DNA of 64,000 nt from Camelus dromedarius. Lineage: Eukaryota. Below are positions 52,654 through 64,000 of the stretch, in pieces. The position numbers were made by a program, and so were the translations under genes. The notes below the pieces were generated by a model, which searched no databases, was not told the origin of the DNA, and was given only the letters and a program-made list of their open reading frames with translations. Within the stretch, counting starts at the first letter, position 1. Each line of letters starts with the position of its first letter. The stretch covers positions 35,156,001 through 35,220,000 of the forward strand of contig NC_087447.1 in the NCBI RefSeq assembly GCF_036321535.1. The letters run 5' to 3'.

Positions 52654-54559
52654 CTAAAATACATGAAAGTTCTGAATAAAATGTTCTGGAAAATGTTCCC
52701 ATTTCAATTTTAGGAGAAAGAGAAAAAAAATTGTGTGGTTATTTTATAATCAAAGGAGTGTTACATTTTTAATAGAAAAATGATATAAAAATAATAGTTT
52801 TTTAAATGTGCCTAGAGAGACTAGAAGTTAAACAACAGAATGTAGCAAAAGGTATTGTTTTGCCTTCATGTAATTGTCAAAGTTTTTAGAATTGGGTTTT
52901 TTTCCACTTCAGATAACAGTTTAAACTGAATGAAAAGTTATAGAATCCTTTCAAAATATTTTATTATATTTAACCCTTATGACTAATTTCTGAATTGGTT
53001 CAAGTCGTTTTTCTTTTTTTAATTGATGTATAGTTGATTTACAATGCTGTGTTAGTTTCTGGTGTATAGCATAGTGATTCAAGTTATTTTTTGGTATGAA
53101 TCCTTACGGTCAAAATAGAAAGGCAGCCACCTATGGGAAACCATTCTATGTAGTTCAGTAAATTACAGTTAACCCAGCCCTTCAACCTAAGGTTAGATAA
53201 GCATGTAACCAGACCCAATCAATTGTGCCATCCTTCCTTCTGGCCACAGCAATTAGTTCACAAATGAGGATATGGCCCCAGGCATTACAAATGAGCACAA
53301 TGTCTGTGACGTTAGCAAATGGAAGATGGGAAATTAAGAGAAAAAAAAATCTAAGGCAAACTGTTACGGCCACTTTGCTTGGTACAGGACAACGAAGTAG
53401 GCTGTACTGCAACCCACTCCTAAAGACTTTACCACTCCTAAAGACTTTACATGTCCTTATAAAACCTTTAAAGTCCACTTTTCAATGACATATGCAGGTA
53501 TCATGGTACTCATTACAGCCCATATGCCCCTTCAAGTCAATGGACTATATGATTATGCATATTTTAATATCCTTCATCACTTCCCATTTATCCCATAATT
53601 TATATCAATGTGATTTGAAGACAACGTCCTGAACTAGTCTGCCTGCTTCACTTGGGCACTTAACAGAGTACAAATGATTCTAGTAGAAAATAACTGGGTT
53701 CTAACAATTGACCTTCTCTTACAATTCAAGTTCTGAAATTTCATGATATTTTTTGGAGTAGGCTTTTTTTGATTCATTGTGCTGAGCACTCAGTGAATTC
53801 TTTATGTCTGCAAACTCATGTCATTTTATCTCCTGAATAATTTTCTTCCCCCTCTTATTTCTTACTGAAATGTCAATCAGCTACTGGACATTCTGATTAA
53901 TCCTCTAATTTCACCTCTTTTCTATACTCCATCTTTGTCCAACAGTTGGCTACACAGCAGCCCAAAAGGAGTAAAAGGGCTCTCGCCTCTGTTGAACATG
54001 TAGACTTTCAATGAATCCTACTGCTTTCAATAAGATGTTTGTCCTCTATTGTCCTTGATTATCTTGAGTGCAGAGCCTGTCTAATTTAAACTCCCTTTGC
54101 CTGCTGGGATGTGAGAGGTGGTTGCCTGGTTGATGAAGGTAAAGAAAGAAGGTGCAGAAGAAAATCTGGTGGGTTTCCTTCTCATCATACAAACTTTCAA
54201 CCAATCCTGTTTTTAGTCCTATCCCTTACCTCCATCTTGTGAGGTGACTGATACTTTCAATTCCTGAACCTTTCTGGGGTTCTGGAACTTAACTGGCTTT
54301 GTTTCATCCTGTCATCTCCCTCTGCAGGTTTCCAAAAACTTTCTAAATAATGAAGAAAAGCTTTTAAGAGTACAGGTTCTGTGTCCAGACTGCCAAGTTT
54401 TGAATTCTGGCCCTTTCACCTACTAGGCATGTGACCATGAGCAAGTTATGTAACATCTGTGCTTCAGTATTTTCATATATAAATGGAGACGGTAACAATA
54501 CTTTACTCCTAAGGTTGTAACAGAGATTAAATAATATCTTTAAAACATTAGAGAAGTAA

Positions 54560-55610
54560 AAAACTTATACATTAAAAATTATAAAACATTGCTGAAACAA
54601 ATTAAAGGAGACACAAATAAACAGAAAGACATCCCATGTTCATGAATTGGAAAATTTAATATTGTTAAAATGTCAATACTACTCAAAGAGATCTACAGAT
54701 TTAATGTAACCCCTACCAAAATCCCAATGGCTATTTTTTTAAGACATAGAGTAGTCCATTCTAAAATTCATATGGAATCTTAAGAGACTCTGAATAGTCA
54801 AAACAATTTTGAAAAAGAACAAAGTTGGAGGTCTCAAACATCCCAATTTCAACACATATTACAAAGCTAGTAATCAAAACAGTGTGGTACTGACATAAAG
54901 AGACATACAGACCAATGGAATAGAATAGATAGCCCAGGGGAAAAAAACTCTCACATATATGGTCAATTATTTTTCGACAAGAGTTCCAAGACCACTCAAA
55001 AGGGAAAGGACAGTATTTTCAAAAAATGGTATTGGGAAAACTGGATATTTACACGCAAAAGAATGTGGTTAGACTGTTTACCTTATACCACAGACAAAAT
55101 TAACTCCAAATTGATCAAAGGCCTAAAGGTATGACCTAAAACTATGAAACTTTTAGAAGAAAAAATAGAGGAGAAGCTTCATGACATTGGATTTGGCAAT
55201 GATTTTTGGCTAAGACATCAAAAGCAACAAAAGTAAAAATAAAGTGGTAGAGTGCATGCTTAGCATGCACAAGGTCCTGGGTTCCATCCCCAGTACCTCC
55301 ATTAAATAAATAAACCTAATTACCTCCCACACACAAAAAAACTTAAAATTGGTAAACTGAACAACATTAAAAATTTAAACTTCTGTGCATCAAAGTTCAC
55401 TATCAACAGAGTGAAAAGAAAACCCATGGAATGGGTGAAAATATCAGGAAATAGTTTATCTGATAAGCAGTTATATTTAGAATATAAAAAGAACTCCTAC
55501 ATCTCAACCACAACAAATAACCCAATTTGAAAATTGGCAAAAGATATGAACAGACATTTCTCCAGAGAAGATAAACAAATGGCTAACAAGCACACAAAAG
55601 ATGTTCTGGA
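54560..55610 (+). mobile_element. L1 ORF2 fragment with a nested 5'-truncated SINE (about 55243-55345)
   Basis: L1 ORF2 motifs (gacatcccatgttcatgaattggaa; aaaacagtgtggtactg); SINE core gtggtagagtgcatgcttagcatgcacaaggtcctgggttc. Confidence 0.82.
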
Positions 55611-56016
55611 AACACAAAGGAAGATTAAAGAACTTCTATTGTTATTTTATCAAATGCGGTATTTTTTTGCTTTATAATTAACATGTAATACTTATGTAAC
55701 AAAAATTTTTAAGGTATAAGCCATAGGGAAATACGATGTTCACCTATTACTGTTCAAGGAGGGCAAAGTGCTGGATCATTTCAACAGGAAATGTTATAAT
55801 ATTAACCAAATAATACAATCAATGTGTCTCCTATAAACAAATTTAAATAGTCTGGCAATGCCTGACACATGGTAAACTCCAAATAAATGTTTCTTAAATT
55901 GAGTAAAATCAGATGATACTTATTTGCTACTAAGGGATTAACCCTGCACTCATCAACATCCACAAGACTTAGAAGTCCTTACTCATTTTCAGCCACAGTA
56001 TAGGCTTATTACTTAC

Positions 56017-56142
56017 CTTCAATAAGATACAAATAGCACAAGCCATGCCTACAGCACCTGTTCCAACAATGGTGATCTTACTCTGGGAAACTTCACCTTC
56101 CTCAATTAGATTCTCAATAAGCTGCTCCTTGACAGTTGACAT
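56017..56142 (-). CDS. LDHC: LDHC first coding exon
   Basis: Acceptor 56152-56153, ATG 56140-56142; [42 protein letters not shown]; the seven exons sum to 999 nt (332 aa plus stop) with no disruption. Confidence 0.97.
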
Positions 56143-56429
56143 TTTGAGAACCTGATAAGGATAATGCAATTTCAGTGGAATCGAACTTCCTGAATGAACC
56201 ACTCTTATACTCAGGGATGTACATTTGATGTACACACTGAACATCTAAGGAACTACCTCCAGTTTGCAGAATGCTGGGGCCAGGGGTAGAGGGAAGCCAA
56301 AGGAAAAAATGCCTGGTCCAGGGGCGTGGAGAGGTAGCGCACGGAACATCCTGTCAGTATTAGGGATTGGGGCACCAAGTTTTTTTTCACTTCTCCCAGC
56401 CCCCAACCACCGTTTATACTCCAGTCCCA

Positions 56430-56800
56430 GTCACTCACAAATGCTCGGCGTGGCGCAGCTCAGTACAGACGGCCTGAAAGCGCAACGCACTGCCTTTCAG
56501 TTGCTCTTTGAAGTTACACCAGAGAAAAAAACACCAACGTCAGTTAAAGTGCGAAGCCAGGAGACCGTTACTCTCCGAACCGTTGAGCAAGCACGCTCCC
56601 ACGCTTCGCTCTCGTTCGTCAGCACGCAAACCCCGCCCCACGGCCGGCCTAGGCGCAGGTGCAGGCGCAGGCGCATTGGAGGGTTCTTGATGTCCTCTGG
56701 TCTGAGTGCGTTCTGTGGATTCTCTGGGTTCCTGTGGTTTCCTTCTCGTGATGTCCGTATGAGAAGTTCTCAACGGTCTTGAAGAGTGTGCAAGAGAGGG
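56430..56800 (-). promoter_or_regulatory. LDHC: LDHC CpG promoter and non-coding first exon
   Basis: CpG-rich; candidate donor GTGAGT 56433-56438; CRE half-site 56537-56542; MYB-type YAACNG sites 56541-56546, 56565-56570 and 56578-56585; GC box 56631-56639; NRF1-like array 56651-56675. Confidence 0.75.
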
Positions 56801-57834
56801 CTACTGGGGTGTTTAATTTCCTTCAGCCGGCCTAGGCCTCTGATTTTAGGGCCGAGGCTTTTTGGAGACCAGACTACTGCACAGTGGCCAGCAAGGGGTC
56901 AGGCTCTAATTCCTCGCGGGAAAGAATTCTCCTGGGAGCACTTCCTATCCTCCAGTGGGCCAGCCTAAACCAGCATCCTGAGGACCTTGCTTCCACATCC
57001 TGAATTGACGGTATCTGGTTGAGGCAAGATTGGAAATGGGCAGCTAGCTTGGGACACGTGGGGGAGCTCAAGGCCTGAGCGGACCTAATGTGCCTCTTCC
57101 TGAGCGGGCTTTGCTGAAGGGATCTGAGCCACAAGAATGAAAAGGAATTTAAGGAAAGGATGGGCTTGAGAACTGCCAACCTAAGTTTGAGAAACAAACT
57201 TTCGATGCACTTACCACACCCTTGTCCAAGCATTTATTTGCAGGAATTTAAAAAATTATTAAGCTCTGTAACTTCAGGACCAAGTGTTTAAATAGTTTGA
57301 ATTTCTCCTGAGAGAACAGAGGGTAGTAATGAAAAGGAAAGGCCATGTCTAGTTTTCTAAGAATAATTTTAATTTACAAGAATTTATAATTCACAGAAGG
57401 GAGCATAACCTCCTCTGTCAACGTGTCAATTTCTGGTGTACAGCACAATGTCCCACCCAGGTATATATACATAACATTCATTGTCATCTTTTGTCATCAC
57501 TTGCATTTGAATCCCTTTCAAAATCTGAAGGATAGTCCATATTCTGTATCAAAGCCTATAATTTGTTTTTAATGTGGTTCAGATCATGCAATAACCCTGC
57601 TTAAAACCCTTCAGTTGCTTTCCATTACACTTAAAATAATCAATTTTTACCACAACCTAAGAGACATTCTAGACTTGGCCTCCTTCTATCCCTCCAACTT
57701 CATCTCAAGACACACACCACACTTCCCTCCAGCTTATAGACAGCAGTTTCCTAATTTCCTAAGGCTTTTAGCTGTTCCGTATATCTGAAAATTCTTCCCT
57801 AACCCTTCTCAAAATTGATTCTTGGGGTGAGGAT

Positions 57835-57910
57835 GGGGGTAGAGCTCAGTGGTAGAGCCCATGCTTAGCATGCATGAGGTCCTGGGTTCAACCTCCACTT
57901 AAAAAAAAAA
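57835..57910 (+). mobile_element. Short tRNA-Ala-derived SINE with poly(A)
   Basis: gggggtagagctcagtggtagagcccatgcttagcatgcatgaggtcctgggttcaacctccac followed by A10. Confidence 0.8.
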
Positions 57911-59550
57911 TCCTTATTTTCAGTGTTGAACATAAATGGCATTTCCTTTAGGTTTCCTTGGCTAATGTGTCAACTACCATCACCTCCCTACATCTCTTCT
58001 GTTTCTCTTATGGCATTTTTCACAACCTACTACCAGCCCCAAGCAAAGGTTCCCAGGAGCGGCAGCAGCTCCTACCACTTGCTTGTTGCTTCTTTCCATA
58101 GAAACTCCTAGTCCTTGTACCTCATTTACCACAGGACTCAGAGGGAGACACTGTTGACCTGGATTACCTCCAAATTCAAGCTCTATACTCGCCCCTGGTG
58201 GCCAAAGGAGGTATCATCTTGGCGGTGACCAAATGCCTGCACCAAGTTAAGAGGCTGTTCATTCATACCTGCCCAAGGCACATGTTCTGAACATCCCATT
58301 TGCTTCCCCACTAACTGGCAACTTGTATGACATGGGGCTCAGGCCTGCTTAATCCACTTCCCAAGGTTATTGAGACTAAAATGAGATCATATTCCATTAA
58401 AGAGAATCAAGTCTTCTTGCAGTTGGCCTATCCCTTGCCTGGGGCAGGAAGGTACAAGGTGAACGTGGAATACATGATATGCCAGAAAGTAAGGAAGCTT
58501 TACAAGATTAAATCTGAAAATTCATGAAAGATTAGTTTAATAAATCTCTACAAAGCATTATTTTTGTCGTGTTGATAGACTAAAAGTAATATGAAATTAA
58601 TAAAAGTACATTTTAAAAAAAGTCTAAAGGTGCCTCAAAGTCTACAGAAGGCTATAGGAATAAGTGCACATTTCTTTTGGGGGCAATTAAGGGTTCTAAG
58701 ATTAGATAGTGGTGATAGTTGTACAACAATGTGACTTCATAGAATTGTACATTTTAAAAGGGTGAACTTTATGGTATGCAAATTATATCCTAAGGCTGTT
58801 ATTTTTTTTAAAGCCTATTGAAAAGCAAATGCTATTATAATAGCTAATCATCAAGACTATGTAGATCAGTCTTGTCCTACATTTGAGACATATTTTTTAA
58901 AAAGCGTAATTCTCTTAACTATCTCTCAGGAAGGAAAACTTTGGGAAAAGATCCTGGAGGAGTGTTGACAATAAAGTTGTTCTAGTTAACCTCTAGATGT
59001 ATGTTTTTTAGGCCTGGAGAGGATCATAGTTATAGAAATATTTTGAGGGAAATCTAAAGAAAATGTGAGTAGACAACCATCAGGGCTGTTTGGTTTAAAA
59101 CTGTTCAGTACCATTTTGTTACTGGCCTCCAGAGAGCAAAGTTTCTAAAAAAATCTGTCCTTCTGTTGTGGCAAAGTATCACTGCTTATGTTCAGTTAGC
59201 AAATGATGTTTTTTACATTCATATATAGAATGTTACCTATGTGAATTATAGGCTACCAATTATGATTAACACTATTAAGTTATCTCATAATACTTTGGGG
59301 CTTAATATATTAAGACAATTGATTGCAATGAAAATGGTAAGAAAACAACCTAGTCAATCTACACCCTTAGTCACACCCTTAATATATTAATTATTAAAGT
59401 CTGATCATTAGTAAACAGTACCCCTTAAAAAAATTATTGCAGAGTTGCCCAAGAATAACCGAATGGTTCCCAATAATGTAATGAGCAAACAGCAGCTTTA
59501 TGACTTTGTATCTTAAAGTAATAAATTAACACAATAGTCACTGTTCAAGG

Positions 59551-59556
59551 TTTATT
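59551..59556 (-). terminator. LDHA: LDHA polyadenylation signal
   Basis: AATAAA within caaataaaccttgaacagtgact on the minus strand, about 560 nt after the stop. Confidence 0.8.
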
Positions 59557-60113
59557 TGGTTTTAGTTGGTATGACACTTGGATAGTTGGCTGTGTTATTT
59601 ATGTAGATTTTTCTTTTTACATTATATGGCAGTGTACACTATTTTGATACATACAGTACATAAAATAAGATTCTTTAGAACAGTTATGCACAAGACTTGC
59701 AATACTGGATTTATACATTGGATCCCAGGATGTGATTAATTGGAGAACAAAAAAATTGGACTAGGCATCTTGGCTGAAGGAACCAGAAGAGAGATAACAC
59801 ACAGTAAACACACATCTGATTTGAAGGGAAACTGCAGCATCTGCAACATTGGCAGTGGTGCCTCTTGAGAAAATGGAACTATTTTGCACTAACCAGTTCA
59901 GGCTCACACAAGGTAAGTACCACCCAGCATCAGGATATAACTGCAGGGTTTTATGAACCATTCCTATTTCTAACTTTAGGAAATTGATGTTTTTCCTAGG
60001 CTGTCTTGACATTACTTCTTTAGTCACAGATCAGATAATAAGGACAATATGCACAACCTCCAACTATATCCTGTTGTAGCCTAGACAGTGAAGTGGTATG
60101 ATATTAGAAGACT

Positions 60114-60278
60114 TTAAAACTGCAGCTCTTTCTGGATCCCCCACAGTGTATCTGCACTCTTCTTCAAATGGGCCTCTTCCTCAGGAGTCAGGGTCACTTT
60201 CACAACATCTGAGATTCCATTCTGTCCCAAGATGCAAGGAACACTAAGGAAGACGTCTTCTTTTATTCCATAGAGACC
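60114..60278 (-). CDS. LDHA: LDHA last coding exon
   Basis: [57 protein letters not shown]; 165 nt. Confidence 0.97.
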   Translation of the reverse strand, partial: GLYGIKEDVFLSVPCILGQNGISDVVKVTLTPEEEAHLKKSADTLWGIQKELQF

Positions 60279-60770
60279 CTGAAGACGAGATGAAAAATAT
60301 TTAATGTTTTTTCTAAGCATTCTGGGGTCTCCCAAGACTTTCATTCTCTATAATTATGAGGCTTTATTTAATATGACTTGCTAAGTAGAAATTCCTTTCT
60401 AGATTTTTAGTTAGGATATAAAGGAAAGTCATTAAAATAGCAGCAAGATATCCATTCTAAAAGAAAATCTAAATTATTGCCATTATCCATTGTACTTCCC
60501 AATTTTTATTGTATAATGCTTTGGTAACTCTAACTTGAGTGTGATTTTTGTTTTTCCCAAAGGAAAAACAAATTGTTTCTTTTATATTCCTCTACCCATC
60601 TCAACAAAATTGACTAGTTTTTTAGTCACCAAGTTATTAAGTATCAATGTGCTGAACACAGTGCTAATGGACATTAAGCCTAAAGCTCAACCATGTCTTT
60701 TCAAAAAAGAAAGTTGCAGGTCATTAACTTATTTCCCTTAAATCAATGATTGAGGACTTACATTAATCTA

Positions 60771-61178
<408 letters not shown>

Positions 61179-62194
61179 TCACAACAGTACTGTTGGTAAT
61201 AGAAAAATTTGGCAACAAGCCCAATGCTCTCCAAAACAGGAGAATGGAGAAACTGTGGTATAACCATATGGTGGAATATTACTTAGCTGTCAAAACAAGT
61301 AACTACAGCCATATGCAACAAAATGGCTGATTCTTATAAATGTAATACTGAATTTAAGAAAGTAAATCCAAGATTACATATAGCATGCTTGATTTGGGAT
61401 TATCTCAGGTGTGTGTATGTGTAGCAGGTAGTGGGGTTGAGTACAGAGGGATGAGTGGGAGAAGGAGCACAGAATTCACTCATTTCCAAGGACCAGCAGA
61501 CTAACAATTCTAACCCAACAAACACTACAGTTAGTTGACAGGAACTATCAATGTTTCTTTGGTTCGATGGTGGGTTCACAGGATTTAATTAAACAAATAC
61601 AAATAAGAGGGCTCTGCCTAGACAAATCATGATTCATTCTTCAATTCCATAGACCTGAGATCTGCACATGACCACCTGATTTATAATAAATAAATAAGGC
61701 CACCAAGTTGAAAGCTTCCCTATTTCAACAATTTCTAACCATTAATAATTACATTTTTAGTACTATTATGAAACTATACATTGCTTGAAACTTTATAATC
61801 ATCTGAATAAATAAGAAGCTAGCTGTATTTCTATTTACAGACTATAATAGGAACTTGGATTTAAAAATTCTTATTCCTAACTAAATGAATCATACATGTT
61901 GTTGAAGTAAAGACCAAATCTCAAATAGGGTAGACAATCTAACTTGTTTTATCTTAATAGTTTACATTGCAAACAGAAAGATTTATCATACTATAAACTG
62001 AGAATTATGGCAAATAGACTGTAGCATTAATAAATGTCTAGTTTTTAATCCTTTTATCTATTATACAGTATGATCTTTAACAAAGCTTTAGAAAACAAGT
62101 TTTCTGATAGAGTAATCAAATGCAAATGCTAGTAAACTTTTGTTTAAATAATAATACATTTTCATGTTCTGTGTTAAAAATTGAGATCTATTAC

Positions 62195-62312
62195 CTGTCA
62201 ACCACCTGTTTGTGAACTGCTTTCCACTGTTCCTTATCTGCATCAGTGCCTAATTCAGGGTGCAGATTCTTCAGGGAGACACCAGCAACATTTATTCCAC
62301 TCCATACAGGAA
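62195..62312 (-). CDS. LDHA: LDHA coding exon 5
   Basis: 118 nt, [44 protein letters not shown]. Confidence 0.97.
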
Positions 62313-62927
62313 CTAAAAGAAATAGTACAGAATATATTTATTTATTCCCATGCATCAGCCAGCAGACTAGTAATTCCGACTCATTCTTCTAAAGCTCTCT
62401 TTTCTTATCTGAGGAGAATTACCCACCCCCTTTTGACAGATGGTAAAGCTACAATTACCCTAACTTTTAGACTTTCATTGATTAGATTATATAAAGCTAA
62501 GAATTGTCACTATATTCTAATCTGTTTTCCTAACCTACTGAGACGAGATAGTATGAGATCATAAGAAGTTTTTTGACATAAGGAACTGAGAACCCTGCAG
62601 AAATTATAACAGCTTTCAACTGTGATAATAGATTTTTTTTTTTATACACTACATTTGGATTGGCTGACCTTTTCAGGGCCAAGAAGTTTAAGTCAACAGC
62701 TGCGACAGTAAATGAACTACCCTAAAAACTATCATCTTATTTAATATGTCCATGGTAAGGAATTAAAGAAATTTCATATCCCCAACCAAAATAATGTCAT
62801 ACAGAATGGCTAAAATCTTAACAGTCCTAGCATATAATTATACCCAAAGATAGATTTCTAGAAACGATTCTACCCTAATGAATGGATATCTGATTTAGGC
62901 TCTGATTTAGTAATGAAACTCCTGTTA

Positions 62928-63170
<243 letters not shown>

Positions 63171-63560
63171 TCAGCAGAGATACTAGGTGAGTCATTACAT
63201 AATGATTTACAAGTCAAGATATATGGCTTTATATTGGATCTTGATATTGATCATGACCAGTCAATATTTTTGTTAATAGTTTTAAACCTCTATACTACAT
63301 ACAATATAGCACATACATCAAGTATTCAAGAAGTGTAGTTTAATGAAAATAAACTGTGCATCAGTAACACATTATTCATAAACTTACCTCTTATCCAAGA
63401 TCTTCTTAGGCAAGTAACAAATTTTAAAGTGCCAACTATATCTAAGGCATTGTATCTCCTTTAATGTTTTAACTATTTTACAAAAACACAAATATGCTCT
63501 CAGGAGGAAACTATCAGTTTTACTCTAGCCCATCTATTTTTATGCAGTTAATAGCCTCAC

Positions 63561-63734
63561 CTGGATTGGAAACCACAAGCAGCTTGCAGTTTGGGCTGTA
63601 CTTTACAACATTAGGAATGATGAATTTAAAGATGTTCACGTTACGCTGGACCAAATTAAGACGGCTTTCTCCCTCTTGCTGACGTGCCCCAGCTGTGATA
63701 ATTACCAGCCTGGAGTTTGCAGTCACATTATAGT
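63561..63734 (-). CDS. LDHA: LDHA coding exon 3 (earlier exons lie beyond the window)
   Basis: 174 nt, [62 protein letters not shown]. Confidence 0.97.
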
Positions 63735-64000
63735 CTAGCCCAAAGAGAAACAATAAGCAGATTAAGGACTTTTAAGAGAATTCCAGCAAAAATTTGTTCC
63801 AGTAACCTTTTTTATGGACAGTTTTATCAGTGTTTTATGTACGTGGCACATAAATGCCTCTAATGCCCGTCAGTCACCTTCTTTAAGTTTTTGGAATTTT
63901 ATCACTGTGGCCACTTACATGGAGGAAGACTACATCAACACCTTCTTTGTATTCTGGTTTTAGTTATGTTGTGACTTTATGTAACTAAAACTGGAGGGAG

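Noticed and set aside
53414..53450. Short tandem duplication CCACTCCTAAAGACTTT(T)A, two copies (a similar pair near 791-845)
   Set aside because: Ordinary two-copy slippage duplications, not an array
56439..56520. Possible N-terminal extension of LDHC analogous to the LDHAL6 presequence exon
   Set aside because: The frame entering the first coding exon contains a TGA eight codons before the candidate donor
56264..56782. 172-aa plus-strand ORF over the LDHC promoter
   Set aside because: CpG-island artefact antisense to LDHC with no recognisable domain

Overview
Mammalian genomic DNA, probably a camelid judging by the tRNA-Ala-derived SINE family. The window covers the conserved TSG101-LDHAL6A-LDHC-LDHA cluster. 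It holds the last three exons of TSG101 (+), a complete but heavily disabled intron-containing LDHAL6A pseudogene (-, all 7 LDH coding exons found, each damaged), an intact LDHC (-, 7 coding exons, 999 nt, 332 aa) and the last five exons of LDHA (-). Features not evident from the ORF track: (i) an intact upstream exon in the LDHAL6A CpG island encoding a 46-aa peptide resembling the N-terminal extension of LDHAL6B, which could splice in frame to the pseudogene ATG; (ii) a full-length WBP2 processed pseudogene with a 13-bp target-site duplication about 70 bp from the last LDHC acceptor; (iii) a TOMM7 processed pseudogene in an LDHC intron; (iv) a ~51-bp inverted copy of an LDHAL6A splice acceptor placed 1.3 kb away. 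LDHC introns are greatly expanded by L1, L2, LTR and SINE insertions. Gene identities rest on manual translation and recalled protein sequences; no database search was run. Repeat boundaries are approximate.
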